DNA from: Sphaerodactylus townsendi
Taxonomy: Eukaryota
Direction: 5' to 3'
DNA length: 64,000 bases
Assembly: GCF_021028975.2 (NCBI RefSeq)
Contig: NC_059429.1
Location: forward strand, 62,558,001-62,622,000
Shown: piece by piece, positions 24,138 through 37,719 of the stretch
Layout of the letters: every line of letters begins with the position of its first letter
Numbering within the stretch: the stretch's first letter is position 1
Notes under the pieces: model-generated
What the model was told of the DNA's origin: nothing
Database searches by the model: none
Seen by the model: only the letters and a program-made list of their open reading frames with translations
Made by a program: the position numbers and the translations under genes

Positions 24138-27100
24138 ATAAACATTTTACTGAAGTGGGAGGTACTATTGTGTAATCATTAGGTGGTTAGACTAAAAATG
24201 GTGAGATGCACATAAATCATCACTCTGCCTTGATTCAGTCATTCAGTTATTCCCTCAGTCTAACCAGACTCACAAGGTTGTTGCAAGATTAAACAAATTG
24301 AAGTACCCATTCACATACCCAGGATAAAAATTACCACAAGGCAGAATAACAACAACAACAACAAAAATCAAAAATCAAACAGTAAATAGTCCCAGACTGA
24401 ATTCATCTACGTTCCTAGCCTAAATTAGGGGAAAAGTCCATGAATTGAGCAGCTATGGATATAGTTCAGTGTCAAGACAAATGGGACATGTCTGAAGTAG
24501 ACACACCTGCAGAAACGTTCTAATCAGGATGCCAAGATAAATTAAATTTACTTTCTATTAAACCTGCCACAATAATTCTATTTCCTGAGTCAGGTTCTCT
24601 GAAAGGTTGAAATTGCAAACTTAAAGTCACAACGAGGACAACCAACACACGAACTTTTTGCCTTGCACGTGTTTAGGGCTTGAATCTCATGGATCTTGTT
24701 TTTATGTTCATAATTTAAGAGGAAGGGGGAAAAAATCCTTCTGTAAATGTGCAAGATTGAAAATGTCCAAATTCCTGAGCAATTATTACATAGTTATTCT
24801 CCATGATTCTCATCCTAGTTTCATTATATGAAAGTGTTACTTTTATTTAAGAAATTTATTTTCATTTGCAACATGCATATTTGTAGTGGAATTCTAAACA
24901 GATTCACCACTTTCTAAACCCATTAACTTCAATAGACTTAAGAAAGGCACAATTCTGCTTAGGACTGCAGTGTTAGTCACTTGAAAAGGCTGCTTTCCTC
25001 CGTCCTTGAAATGCACCATATAAATATTGCATTCAATCCTTAGCTCCCACGTAATAAATAATTTATATTTAAAAATTGTCTTCTGCAGGGCCAAGGCATT
25101 AGGGTACTCAAATTTCTTTTAATCTATTTACTTGCTGATAATTCTCCTTTAGTGTTCTCCCACCACCAAAAGAAAGCTAAAAGATGCATCTAGTAATAAC
25201 TGTCAAGATGGTCTTTAAGCAAAATACATAAATTGGGGAAAGAAATGCCAAAGATTTAGCAGCCACATCTTACACTCTGCTGCACAGGATGCAAGTGGCA
25301 TCAGGGCCCTCAAGGCTGAAGCCCTATACACCACTCATTCCAGCACCACAACATGATCACACTAGGGATGTGAGCTCAGACATAACCAAGCTAAATATAT
25401 ATCCAAAAATACCTTATCAGTATGTTCCAGTTATAATTGGGTCTCCCAGAAAAGGAGTCCCAGAGGTGAGGGGGTTTCTCCCCCATTGCACTGTTTTTCT
25501 GTATCTCCTGGAGCTTGGTATGATTCTGCCAGTTTTAAATTGGACTTGGAATTTAGGGGTTATTTAAAAGACAGGCACCAGCAGTTGCCCTACAATTTTG
25601 CTGCCAGTACCTTTAAAAACAGCTGAAAAATATCAGAACATCCCTCACCCCCCACCCTATACCCAAATAGTAGGAAAACAATTTTTTCTCATTTATTTAT
25701 TTGTTTGTTTGTTTGTTTGTTTGTTCATTTATTTGCCATGTACTTCCTAGGTCACACCATCTTCTGCACAGGAATGCAACTGTTCGGCAGGAAGAGGTCC
25801 AAGTAGGTTTGTTTATTTGCAGAGAATACCACTGGGTCTTTGTAACCTATAGCACCCTATACCTTCAAACACTAGGGCTGTCTCGTGCCAGCTGTGACTT
25901 TGCCTTACTTACAGAAACAAGCACAGTAGAGACATCCAAGGGTTTCCCTGCTTACCCCGCACAGTGGTATACAAGTGCTATACAAATCTCTGTTTGTACA
26001 AAACAGATAAAAGGAGAAAAGACACGACTGCAATAAGCAGCATCAGAAAACGTTTTCAACCACAGCTTTCAAATGTGTCCAGAAATTACTTCCTACATCT
26101 CTATTTAAACACCAGAAAGCTCCATAGATTTCATTACTGGCATCAAATTATTTTTACTTAGCTAAATCCATTAAACTGTTTTCGAAATTTGTTAAATCAA
26201 AGTGTTAAAAAATTCAGGTGATTAACTTTAAAGAATAGAGTTTTTTAATTCTTGTATGATAACACTCTCATTAAGGACTTGTCTACTTAGGACAGCCATT
26301 AAAAATCCATTAGCTTAACAAGGAACGCTTTTTTTAAAGCTACCCTGAAACATTTCTGGTAAATGAACATTATAGATTTTTAATGGAAATCTGCCATAAA
26401 TATTCTGCAATTAGCAAAGCTAACAGTCTAATTAAACCCAAGGCCTTGGGAAAGTTCAAAGCAACATGAAGACAGTATAACAAGCTCAGTGCAGGTCACA
26501 AAGGATGTAAAGCACAGCATTTTAAGGCCAGGTTACTTTGCATCAGCACTACAAATGCAGGAGCAAACCTGCAGGATCCTCAGTCCACCCAGCAAATACT
26601 GATACAACCTGGCTACTTTGCAATCTTCTTTCTACTATTTTTACTAACATTCTGGAAACATATAAATGGATAAATAAATAAGTGTATCCATCAGTTATGT
26701 ATGCCTGGATTATTAATAGGTTATATTTTGGTAGATTTTGTAAGCTGAGGCCTAAACATGGTGGAGAGTCAGTGTAAAAAAAATCAATAAGAAACGTACA
26801 CCAGGTTCTGAGTGATACTCGGGTGTATCTTCTCTAGTTATCCTAAATCCTGTTAACTGCATTGCTCTCACTGTTGGAGATTTCATTCTACAGTAAACCA
26901 ATGTTATAGGAAGTACATATTTATCCTGTGTTCTCTGTTCCACCTTTACCATTCTGGTCTGGCACACATGCACATTATTCTGTACTCTAACCTACCAATA
27001 GTTGAAATGTGGGAAAAGTTTTTCCATATGCTCTTTCCTCCAGAAGGCATAAGACTAGGGCCTCAATCCTATGCACATTTCCTTCAGAGAAAGCTACACA

Positions 27101-27798
27101 GACTTCTTCAATATATTTATCTTAACATATATTATTCTGTCACAAGTCTATTTCATGACTGAGACTGGTATAGCTATGAAGTTGGCTACCTTTTCTCTGC
27201 AGTTAAGTGAAAGAGCCAGCCTTGAATATGCATAGCCCCTTCTCCAAGCTATGGAGCAAATTACCTTCACATTATTTAAAAGTTTGATGCCAAGAAACAA
27301 TGATAACAATGTCACCACCAACTTACCAGAACTAACAAAAAGCAAGACTCTTCTTAATGTCAAATCAGAAACCAATCTTAAACCTTGATTTCAGATTCTC
27401 CTTAAAAAAGTAACTTAGAGTTACACACACTTAAACTTGTGGCCAATGTATCCTTTAAATGGGCAGGAAGGAGGAAACTTCTCCAGAGAAAAGAGAAAAT
27501 GGGAGAAAGGAGCATATGTTTTTGAGGCTGACTTCCAAATTTCTAATACATATCAGATGGTGCCAAAATTACATCTGCGCTGGGCCATGATGGAAAAATT
27601 AAGCCAAAGGTCATTAAAACCATAGCTTTCTTCAAGTTGTACACAAAATGTACTGTAAATACTACAAGGCTGCTATTTTGCAGAAGTTATTTCTTCTATT
27701 ATTTCTGATAAATTTCCCATTAACATGCACATGAGAATCACTTAGTTCTATGTTTTTTAAAATCATACAAAGTATTTAAGATAAAGTACTTAAGATAC

Positions 27799-27914
27799 CT
27801 ATTTTTATGTACTTATCTGCCAACAGATCTTCTAATGCAATCTCACTCCAGAAACTATCATCCCAGCCTTTCTCTGAAGAGTAGGTCCACTTACACACCA
27901 GTGTACACAATGAC
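27799..27914 (-). CDS. FGGY: FGGY coding exon (about exon 6), [39 protein letters not shown]
   Basis: caacAG|G TCA TTG TGT...AAA ATA G|GTatct. Length 116 bp. Matches [24 protein letters not shown]. Not present in the ORF track. Confidence 0.97.
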
Positions 27915-29024
27915 CTGTTGAGGAAAAAACCAAATTGGTGTTTTTTTTAAAATCAATGAAAAGCCAAAAATAAGCCGGTTAGAAATGAGAATAAACCTCA
28001 CCCACAGTATATAATATGCAGTCTTCACTGCGAAGGTTTAAAAACTGAAGTTTATGTTATGTGGATGGAAAAGCATATTTTTGAAAAACCCACTACTATC
28101 ACATTCAGGGCCATTCTACTGTCATCATCCTCTCGTACATACCATTCCCTCCTGTGCTACTGGAGAGCTTTTTGCTGATTTCCTTCTTAAAACTAGTATT
28201 TGCTGTATCACTATAAGTGAAACAATAACTACTATTTTTTCTAAAGCCAGCAAAAATCCCTCTGGTGACATTTGTGATAGAATGCTTGGGGAAATGATTC
28301 TCCTATGTGGACTCTGCATCGCCACTCAAAATTTGCAACAACTATGACTGCTCAACAGGACATTCGCGTGAGCAGAAGCAAGCTGTGTCTGCAATGTCTA
28401 CACTGGCGTTCCCAACATGGTGCTTGCAGGCACCATAGAGCCTGCCAAGTGTTTTTAGGAAGTGGATGGGGCCAGATAAGGCTTTTGCCCAGAAAGGCTT
28501 CTGATTTACTATTGGAGATTTGATTCGCTATGCAGATTTTAAAAAGCATTGTTTTGGTAGCAGCTGCCATCACAGCACAGAGATCTACACTGTGTTACTA
28601 ATATTAAACTGTGACAATCAATTTGTGGCTGGCTCCAACTTCTCGGGCAGCCATTTTGTGGCAGCCATTTTGTTATTGCACCCACAATGCAATAGTATTT
28701 CCTATTCATTAAAATTAGTATTTATTATTTGTTTAAAATGCTTATATCCTGTTTTTCACTGAAGGCTAGACTCAAAACTACTTAAATACCAAATCTTAAA
28801 AAAGTCAATGCAAATTAAAAGACGACAGATAATAAAAGAAGCGAACCAATAAGCCACTAGACTACTCTGGATATAAACAATTAAACATGGTCAAGGTTCT
28901 TTTAAACGGTTTTCTTTTGAAGAAGTTACTCAACTACTTTAAGAAATTTTCCTCATTTACTGTGGCAACTAGTCCAAAACTTAGACTGAAACAGATTGTC
29001 TTACTTAACTGGAAGCATTGTTAA

Positions 29025-30057
29025 CAGAGGCGTATCTAGGTGAACTGAAGCCCAGGGACAAAACCTTTGGTACCCCCCCACATCATATGGGCAGCGACCC
29101 TCCCCCACCATGACTAAACAATGATTTTTTGAACCAGCTCACCTCCCACCCTCAGCAAAACATACATGGTTCTCTCCCCACCAACTCTCTTTCCTAATTT
29201 TGTCCTCACACCAAACCTATGAGGTAGGTGTTAGCCTGGGAAACAGCTCCAAGCCAGTGCAAGTGGGTATTAAGCATGTAAATCTCTCACAAATTACCCC
29301 CAGAAAAACACTGACCAAACAAATGTCAGCATCATCTCTCATAAAATACCTCCAGTGGAATCCACCCACAAGCAGAATCACTTTCAATGGTGTTTAAACT
29401 AGGGAGCCCAGATTCTTCTTTTAAATCCACCTTAGAGGGAGAATCTGGGACCCCAGTTAAAGAAACATTGAAAGTGATGCTGTTTTGGGGTGGATTCTCC
29501 CCCACCCTGAAACACCATCACTTTCAATGTTTAAACTGGAGACCTCAGATTCTCCCTTTAAATCCATGCCAAAGGGGGTGATTTTAAAAAAGAATCTAGG
29601 GAAATTTGGGGGGTGCCTGCTGTCAGGGGTGCAATTGTTAAGCTAGCAGCACCAAAATTTCCAGGTATCTTTAGGAGACTCTCCTGATGATACCACCCAG
29701 TTTGGTCCAGGGGGTCCAAAGTTACGGACCATCAAAGGTGTAGCCCTATCTTCTATTGGCTCCCATTGGAAACAATGGGGGATGGGGCAACCTTTTTGGA
29801 AGTCCATAACTTTGGGCCCCCTAGCCAAACCTCACCAAACCTGGGTGGTATCATCAGGAGAATCTCCCAAAAAATCTCTGAAGTTTTGGTGCTGCTAGCC
29901 TAAAAACCCCACCCCCTGAAGGCCAAAAACTGGTAAAACACTAAAAAACACTAAAAAAGACAAAAAACACAAATGAAACAGAAATTCTGCCCCCCCCCAC
30001 ATGACCAAATGGGGGGCACCCGAGAACATTTGACTCCCCATGTCAGATACGCACCTG
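29025..30057. mobile_element. Non-autonomous hAT-like DNA transposon
   Basis: TIRs CAGAGGCGTATCT / AGATACGCACCTG. 8-bp TSD ATTGTTAA / ACTGTTAA. Internal direct and inverted repeats. Confidence 0.85.
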
Positions 30058-32083
30058 ACTGTTAATAAAGCCTATACGACTGGATTAATATAAGTACCAA
30101 AGGTATAAATGTACCAGGTTCTGATGACTTATAAAGGTTAAAACCATCACCTTGAATTAAATGCAGAAACAAACAGAAAGCCAATGTAAAGATACAAGTA
30201 CCTGGGATCACATGTACATAATGGTTGACCCACAACAATAGTTATGTGCTGTGTTTTGAACCAGTTATTATTTCTACATTGTGTTCAAGAGCAGATCAAT
30301 AGAGGTGAGACTCTGTAAGAAGACAGACAGGTTTCCTTGGGCTTTCAAACAAGGACTGTTAGGCAAACTGAGCTTAAAATCCATACGAGAAACAAAGAGG
30401 ATAAAATGGGCATCTGTTTGCTCTAGGCTGTGGGTATTTCTGTCTGAAAGCTTAGCTGCTTGTGTCTGCTGTGTCTGTAGCTTCACAGTGCATTCTGGAT
30501 CCAAGAAATTATGACCAATGTAAAACTTTATGATTTCAGCAAGCAGAAAGATTTCAGCAAGGGGCAGAAGAAGACTCCTTTAAAATGGCTGACATATGTG
30601 AATAAAGAAGTCAAAGTTCTGGCTGCTGAGGAACACTTTCAAAGATGAGTTCTTTCTTATCCAAACATTTTAAATTTCTTAACTATTGATTAATCTAAAG
30701 ATGAAGCTGAGAGACTACGAGTAGAACAGTAGCTTTAGTTCAGTTTAAACCCATTTAAAATCAGCTAGTTTAGACAGAAGAAATTCTACATATGATGGCA
30801 CTCAAAAGATCTTTAAGTTCTCCTATTCCGTCAAATGTGTGTTTTGATTTTCCTCTCCATTTCATAAATAGTACTTACTTTTATGAAACAGAAAAACTAT
30901 ATCCAGAGTTTTTCCAGTTTTGCAGAATGACATTATTATATGAAAATCTAACATTTGTCAGATTGTTATTGTTAAAAGCCCAAGCTAAATAAAACATCGG
31001 ACTTGTTTTTGTAAATAAAAATATAATATACAGTTTTTCTTCCATTACCCTCCTCTCTTATCTCATGCTAGCTTTTGTCCACTTCTATTGTCTTAGTTAG
31101 AAGTAATGAATAAGCCCTACCCCTTAACTTTGTAAAATCACTTGAAGTACCAATAAACACTGAATGACTGGATCCTGTAACTATCCCAAGTACATCATAC
31201 TTAATATTTGCCTTACAGACTCAAACAGCTATTAAATCCCTGCCAATAGACATTGCTCAATCATAGCTTCTGCTCATATGCTTATCTCAATTTGTGTGTA
31301 TTTCCACATGAGTGTCTCCTGACTAAAGAGAGACGAGACATAGGTGCTCTTCTGTGGAAATATGAATACTAAGTAGCCCTACTGCTTTGCAAGATCATAA
31401 ACAAAGTACCTGTTCATGAAGCTCCAATTCTCTTTATGGGAGGGAAAGAGGTATGACTGCACAGTGAACTCATTGCAGAGTTCCACAATGCACACAAACC
31501 AACTACACCAACTACACCAGACTATAATAATCTTGTGAATGTCCTATTAATGTCAATAGAGCCCAAAACTTGACTAATGTCTTTAGGTTTGTTAGGGTGG
31601 ATCTATCAAGTTAGAGAATGGGGAGTCATAGGTTTCCATTCAGTAATACTTCTTTAAGAAGCAGCACTCTGTTCAATTTATGCTGAACTGGGAGGTCAGC
31701 TTAAGAGGTACAGACTTTACAAGGGAAGAAGAGATCAGATGCTGGCATGGGAAGGGGAGATACTATCACACTGCACCATCTTTCTGCAGAAAATTCTTAT
31801 ATTTCTGGTTTTATGCTAATGTACCATAATGGAACTTCAAATAGAGATGAACCCTTTTTGACCTCCTTTGAAGAACTTGATGAAGCAAAGAAAGCACAAA
31901 TACAAGTGATCTGAACTTCTGCTTTCCCCACTTCTGTAACACATGAAACAAGATTTGTACATCTCAACTACAGTAAGATCCAGAGGGATCATATGGAGTT
32001 CACAAAACTCACTATGTGATGGACTTGCCCATCTTTCCACATTGTACTAGAAAAACACTTCATTGAGTTTTGTTTTTCTAGTG

Positions 32084-32354
32084 CAGGGGTAGGGAACCTT
32101 TAACACTCAAAGAGCCATTTGGACCCGTTTTCCATGGGAAAAGAAAACACTTGGAGCCACAAATAATTTTTGACATTTAAAATAAAGATAACACTGTATA
32201 TATTGGGTTTTTTTTTACCTTTTACTCCGCTCATTCTGAGAAGCGCATGGATGCGTCCACCCGGCTGCCTGCAGGGTGGGCAAGGATGGGGCCAGCAGCT
32301 CGGCTCGTGGAGCTGCAGTGCAAGGGCAGAAGAGCCGCAGGTTCCCTACTCCTG
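32084..32354. mobile_element. hAT (Charlie-like) MITE, 271 bp
   Basis: TIRs CAGGGGTAGGGAACC / GGTTCCCTACTCCTG and a perfect 8-bp TSD TTCTAGTG. Confidence 0.92.
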
Positions 32355-33769
32355 TTCTAGTGGTATGTAACTAATGAAGCACCTCTCAAACTGAAGGCAT
32401 TCCTACCATTTCACCAGACCTAAAGCTCAGAGTAAGCAGTATGAAAACTGGTTCTCAAAAATCAAAGAATCTGAAGTACACCTGACATTCATACCATTCC
32501 TGTAGAATGAACACATTCAGGTCTACAGTCTTAATTTCTTGTTATCAGTTAAACTGAAGCAGTTTGATGAAGTACTTGGATCTATACCGATTTGACTCTG
32601 TGCAACTAATTTTTGTTTGTTCATTTGTTTTAATTGGTAGCAGACCAGTCTTCAACCACGAACATTTTCTATGCTTGATGCTAAATATTGGCCCATTAGT
32701 AGGAAGTACCGCAGGATAACATTGAGACACTGACATTTTCCTTTTAAAATTGGTATGTTAATGTAAGACAAGGTAAAATACACCATGCTATGTATTTAAG
32801 TATTGGTGTTTAAGTATTAATAAATGTGTTTAAGTATTAATAAAAGCATACCGCATTCAGCTCAAATGTAGATCTTTTATGTAATGAAGACCCAAGAGCA
32901 TATGTATTAAACAAAATATACCAGTAACAAATTTTAGGGAAAAGTTGGCACAATCATTGACTGCACAGTGACCCTCTGACAGGTCTGAGATGAATGGAAA
33001 GGGATGAACACTTCACAAAATGTTGCCTTATGAAACACACATCATCCATTTTGCCATAGGGGAAGGTTTTGGAACAGGGTAAAAACATTCACCTACTCAT
33101 TACAATAATTAGCCAAATCTCATTGAATATTTGTTTAAAAATATACATCCCACCCTTCCAAAACTAAGGCCAATTACAACAAACACACAATAAAATATAA
33201 TAAGTATTGAACTTACACTGTTGCCAGACCGACCCATGATGGGTAGGTGGGTGGGGGCTCTATTTTAAGACAGTGACGTCTCTACCTATTCTGCCAACGC
33301 TTGGGGTGCCTAGCGGTACAGTGCTAGAATGGGAAGCTCATTCTCTACATTGGCTAACATACCCACAAGGACACAGTAAAAACTTGTCTGGACTTGCCCT
33401 CACCTATATCAAATCTGTATTTGAAGGGATTGAGAGAGCCCACTGGACCGTCTGTGGCCTGTTGGCCAACCCAGAGTCATTGGGCTCTGTCGGGGCTGTT
33501 GGCTGTTGAAAGCACTGCAGGCCCTCTGTGGAGGCCGCTGAGACTGCGTGAAGCTGCTGGGTCACCTGTGGCTGCCTCCATTCTCGAACCTATCCCCTGG
33601 TTGTTACCAGGCTTGATCATACGGGGGAGCTATTTGATTAGTCTTATGTCTACTAGTGGAATGGTTCAAGTGACTGTCTACATAGAAGCTACTTAGGAAC
33701 TTAACTGGGGGTAGTTAGGCCACAGAACTTGGTATAGGATAGTGTAGGTAATTAGAATGTATTGGTTAG

Positions 33770-33770
<1 letters not shown>

Positions 33771-33839
<69 letters not shown>
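33771..33839 (+). repeat. (ATTG)n microsatellite, probably the tail of a minus-strand retroelement
   Basis: About 17 tetranucleotide copies followed by an L2/SINE-like 3' end. Confidence 0.9.
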
Positions 33840-33842
<3 letters not shown>

Positions 33843-34037
33843 TACCACCCACACCTGAAAGGCTCTGGGCGGTGTACAACAATAAAATACAAAAAGTTAC
33901 ATATATTTTAAAAATCCATCATTTAAAATATAACATTACAACACTAAAAACCAAACAACACATGGCAACTAAGAGAAAGAAGGAAGAAATTTTAGCAGTT
34001 AGTGGGACACAGACAGTTAGATATTTAAGCTAAGGTA

Positions 34038-34188
34038 GAGCACTTTCATATATGCAGAATAATACACTTTCATTCTACTTCCAATGCACTTTGCAGCTGG
34101 ATTTTACTGTGTGAAAGAACAAAATCCACTTGCAAACAGTTGCGAAAGTGGATTGAAAGAACATTATTCTGCATGTGCAAAAGTGCCC
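34038..34188. mobile_element. Harbinger-like palindromic MITE (partial second copy at about 48308-48412)
   Basis: Inverted ends gcactttc.ata.atgcagaataat / attattctgcatgtgcaaaagtgc. The internal sequence recurs at 48310. Confidence 0.65.
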
Positions 34189-34619
34189 TGTGTTAGGTGG
34201 ATCTAGGTTAGTGTAGTTGCTAGTGTTTTATTCTTAGGTCCAAAGTTGTTGCGGAATAGGTGAGTGAGACGGCCACCTGTTCCAGCATAGGGACCACCTA
34301 TACCTGGCTGGGCGGCAGTTGGCCAGGTGGGTGGTGGTATGATGCATTTCTTCTCCTTAGCTGTTGAACGGGTGGCAGATGAGTCCAGATTACTGCTCCT
34401 TTCTATCTTTTTCTTCTTTTTATTTCTTTCTTTCTCATTTCTACCTGTTTTTTTCTGTGCAAACTGGCTTTTTGGGATGTTTTTTCTACTAGCTAATATG
34501 TGGTATTATAATGCTATGTCTATGTTGTTATATTTATATTATGTTTATGATGTTATGATGCTATGTTTATTGATCCTATGTTTATTGATACGTTTATTGA
34601 AGGTTGCTGTATGATGTTG

Positions 34620-34930
34620 ATGGCCCAAGAGGCCAGCCTGGGTGGTGCCTGACTGCTCCATGCCGCACCCTAGTCGTCTGCTGCCCGAGGGACGGGCCGA
34701 GGCCTGAAGTGTGAGGGGCAATTTCCCACCCCCACATGACTCAATGGGGGCTGCCCGGGGCATATGTCCCCAGATGTCCCCATTGCATCTACACCACTGC
34801 GTCAAACTGACCGGCCCTGTAGTTTCTTGGATCATCATTTTGTTTTTGAAGACTGGGATAACATTCGTCCTCCTCCAGTCTTGTGGCACATCTCCTGTCT
34901 TCGAAGAGTTCTTGAAGATGATTTGCTGCA
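34620..34930. mobile_element. hAT-like right-end fragment (to 34799) abutting a minus-strand CR1 RT fragment (34801-34930)
   Basis: ccccacatgactcaatgggg...tctacaccactg resembles the end of the 29025-30057 element. The CR1 peptide is IIFKNSSKTGDVPQDWRRTNVIPVFK. Confidence 0.65.
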
Positions 34931-37625
34931 AGCTAATTAGTAAGGATGACCCTGAATATCATTACAACAATGGTTTGATTTACAAGTTCAAAACAGAACT
35001 GCAATCACTGACTGTATTACAAAATTTAACAGACATTTTGCTATTAAAATGGGTGCATTTTTGGCTGTCATTTTATATATAAATGGTGTAAAGAAAATTA
35101 CAATGGCACAACAAAAAAGAAAACAGATGGCACAAAAATCATCTCTGCAAGCATGCCATTGATATATCCATCCTAGTTACTCCTGCTTTCAAGGAAAACA
35201 GTAACTTGCTGTTAACATCCAAACTAACAAACAGAGGTTGTGTTTCAGCTTCCAAAATCAGGATTAGTGGCTTGCTCAACAGCAGAATCATATTTTGTAG
35301 GACAGCTCCAAACTAAATAAGAACCCGCTTTAAGTGTCCAACAACAACAAAAAGACAATTATTATTGACAAGTTAAAATAAACTAGCACAAGCAAGCTTT
35401 AAGATCTTTTAAGATTCAATTTGACTCAGTTCAGATATAACATGAAGCCATGGTTTAACTATGGTTACTGTCTGTGAGCCAAGTTCTGGCTTCACAAACT
35501 CACCCAAATTCTGGTTTTCCAATAAATATTGGATTTCAGCAAGGATATCACTGTATGTCATGGGAAACCATATTAAAAATTTGGCTAACACACCAGTTTT
35601 AAGGCATGGTTTGACTTATCCTAACTAACCATTAGTGGAATGTTCTATGTTCCTACAATCATATTTGATCACCTAACATCTGAATCTAGCTCTTGGGACT
35701 AAGTTTAAAACATCAAAGAGTTTATCATCACAGTATCAGCTAGAAGATTACATTCAACCATGTCTCACAAATGACAAATACATACAGATTATGGAACCAT
35801 AGTTTCAGATAAGATTGGGCCTTGTATTAGAAGTAGCACTAATACTTTGACATATCCTCCATTATTTCAGCAAGCCACAATAAAGACAAGAGAATAAAAA
35901 CAATTAAAAAAAATAGAAGAGTAATGTTTCCAATCCCCTAGGAGTATGAATAAAGATACAATCTTATGGGCCAAATCTGGTAAATATTCAGAAACAAAGG
36001 GAACTTTGGGCAGAGCTCCAAGTTTTAGAGGACAGGGCTTTCAGCACACAGGAAGACTCCAAACAGCTCTAGGCTTTTTGTTTGTTATCAAAACAGACCT
36101 ACAGAAACACAAGTGTTCTCCCCTCACCCCACCCACAGTTGTCTCAGACAGAACATTCAGCACATTTAAACCCTCCAGCAAGACTTTATTATAAATAGAA
36201 CTGGGTGTGGGTGCCATGGGAGCCACATATCATCACGTGAAAGTGTGTGAAAACAAGCAATCATTCCTGCCAGCATTATGGTTAATTACAACAGTATTAA
36301 TTTCAGGCGGATCCTGCATTAGTTCTAGATACAGTGCATATATAAATGTCCACTGTCATTGACAGCAAAGCTGCTTCTCTCAAACAGTTGCCTGATGATA
36401 CCTGGAGCTTCCAAATCGACTCCTGACTGGTTGTGGCACTGATGAACTTTATAAAATTTCTGGTTGAAACAGGGAAAGATGTTGTTGGGTTCACTAGGAA
36501 CTGAGTTGTAGATTTTTAGTTAGTCCATTTGTGATACCCTCCTGGAGGATCTGTGTCTGCCAGATTGTTGGCAGAATTTCAGAGATGCAGCAGGGGGTTA
36601 GGAGAATTGCTACTGGGCTATATTGTTACTTTAGACAGTGGGCTAAGGGACTTGGGATAGTCTAGTCAGGTTTGTCTTTTTGTGTTTTTCAGCTAGTAAA
36701 TTGTGGGCCTTTGTTAAGGATAAATCTCCCCTCCCCCGATGATGGTATGTATTTATGGATAACATGGATCTAAAGAAAGTGTATTGAATGTTTTAATGTT
36801 GTTTTGTAACTCATATAACTTTTGTGATTTAATATGTATATTAGCCACCCTAAGCATGGCTTCTGCCAGGGAGGGCACAATATCAAGATGAATAAATGAA
36901 ACTAAACATTGTATCTGAATTAGCAGTGTCTTTCTCTGAAGGGCTACTATCCTGTACAAGGTAAGAAAATAGCTGAAGAGGAATTGGGGAAAGGGGAGGG
37001 AAGTAAATATTGCCCAAAGCTCGTAGGTACTGAAGGCATCGCAAAGAATATTTAGCTACACATAGTCACAGCACATATATTAAGATCATGCTTCTAGATG
37101 AAAATTAATTTAACCCTATAATTTGCACCTATCAGCTACTTAGATTGCAGTTATTATGTCTCATTGGCAAGTTGATTTCCCCCCTCCCTCTTCTCACTAG
37201 ATACAAGCCAGAAAGCAACACATGATAGTAAACACAGGCTCAGGGGGAAATTAATACTCATTTCAGAGTAGATGTTATACCACGAAGCCTTACAAAAACA
37301 CTGTGAGGAGTGTCTAGGACAGTGTTGGCAAACCTATGACACAGGTGTCAAAAATGTCACACCATGACGTTTTGGTGGCAAAGGCAATGTTGGGTCAGTC
37401 CTTCAGCATCATTTCCACCTATCAGTCACCTTTCATAAGGTCCAAGGTGGCAGTGTACTGTGCTGCTCCCAGGTTCAACCAGTTCATTCACTCCAGCAAC
37501 CTCCTCTGGGAAATCCATAATTTCCACCTCTCTGAAAAAAAAAAGTTATCTGGCTTTTTGTCCCTCACTATCCATCTATATTCTCTGGGTATGATCCTGT
37601 AAGACTGTGTCCAGTGCTATTAAAT

Positions 37626-37719
37626 CAGTGGTGGCGAATTGGCCAATTGGTCATGTTGGCAGGAGCTGATGGGAATTGTAGTTCATAACATCTGGAGTGC
37701 CAAAGGGTCACCACCACGG
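37626..37719. mobile_element. Short hAT MITE
   Basis: CAGTGGTGGCGAA...GGTCACCACCACGG with a perfect TSD TATTAAAT. Confidence 0.8.

Noticed and set aside
33219-34400. Possible LTR or other repeat interrupted by younger insertions
   Set aside because: It looks repeat-derived, but I could not define termini, a TSD or a family.
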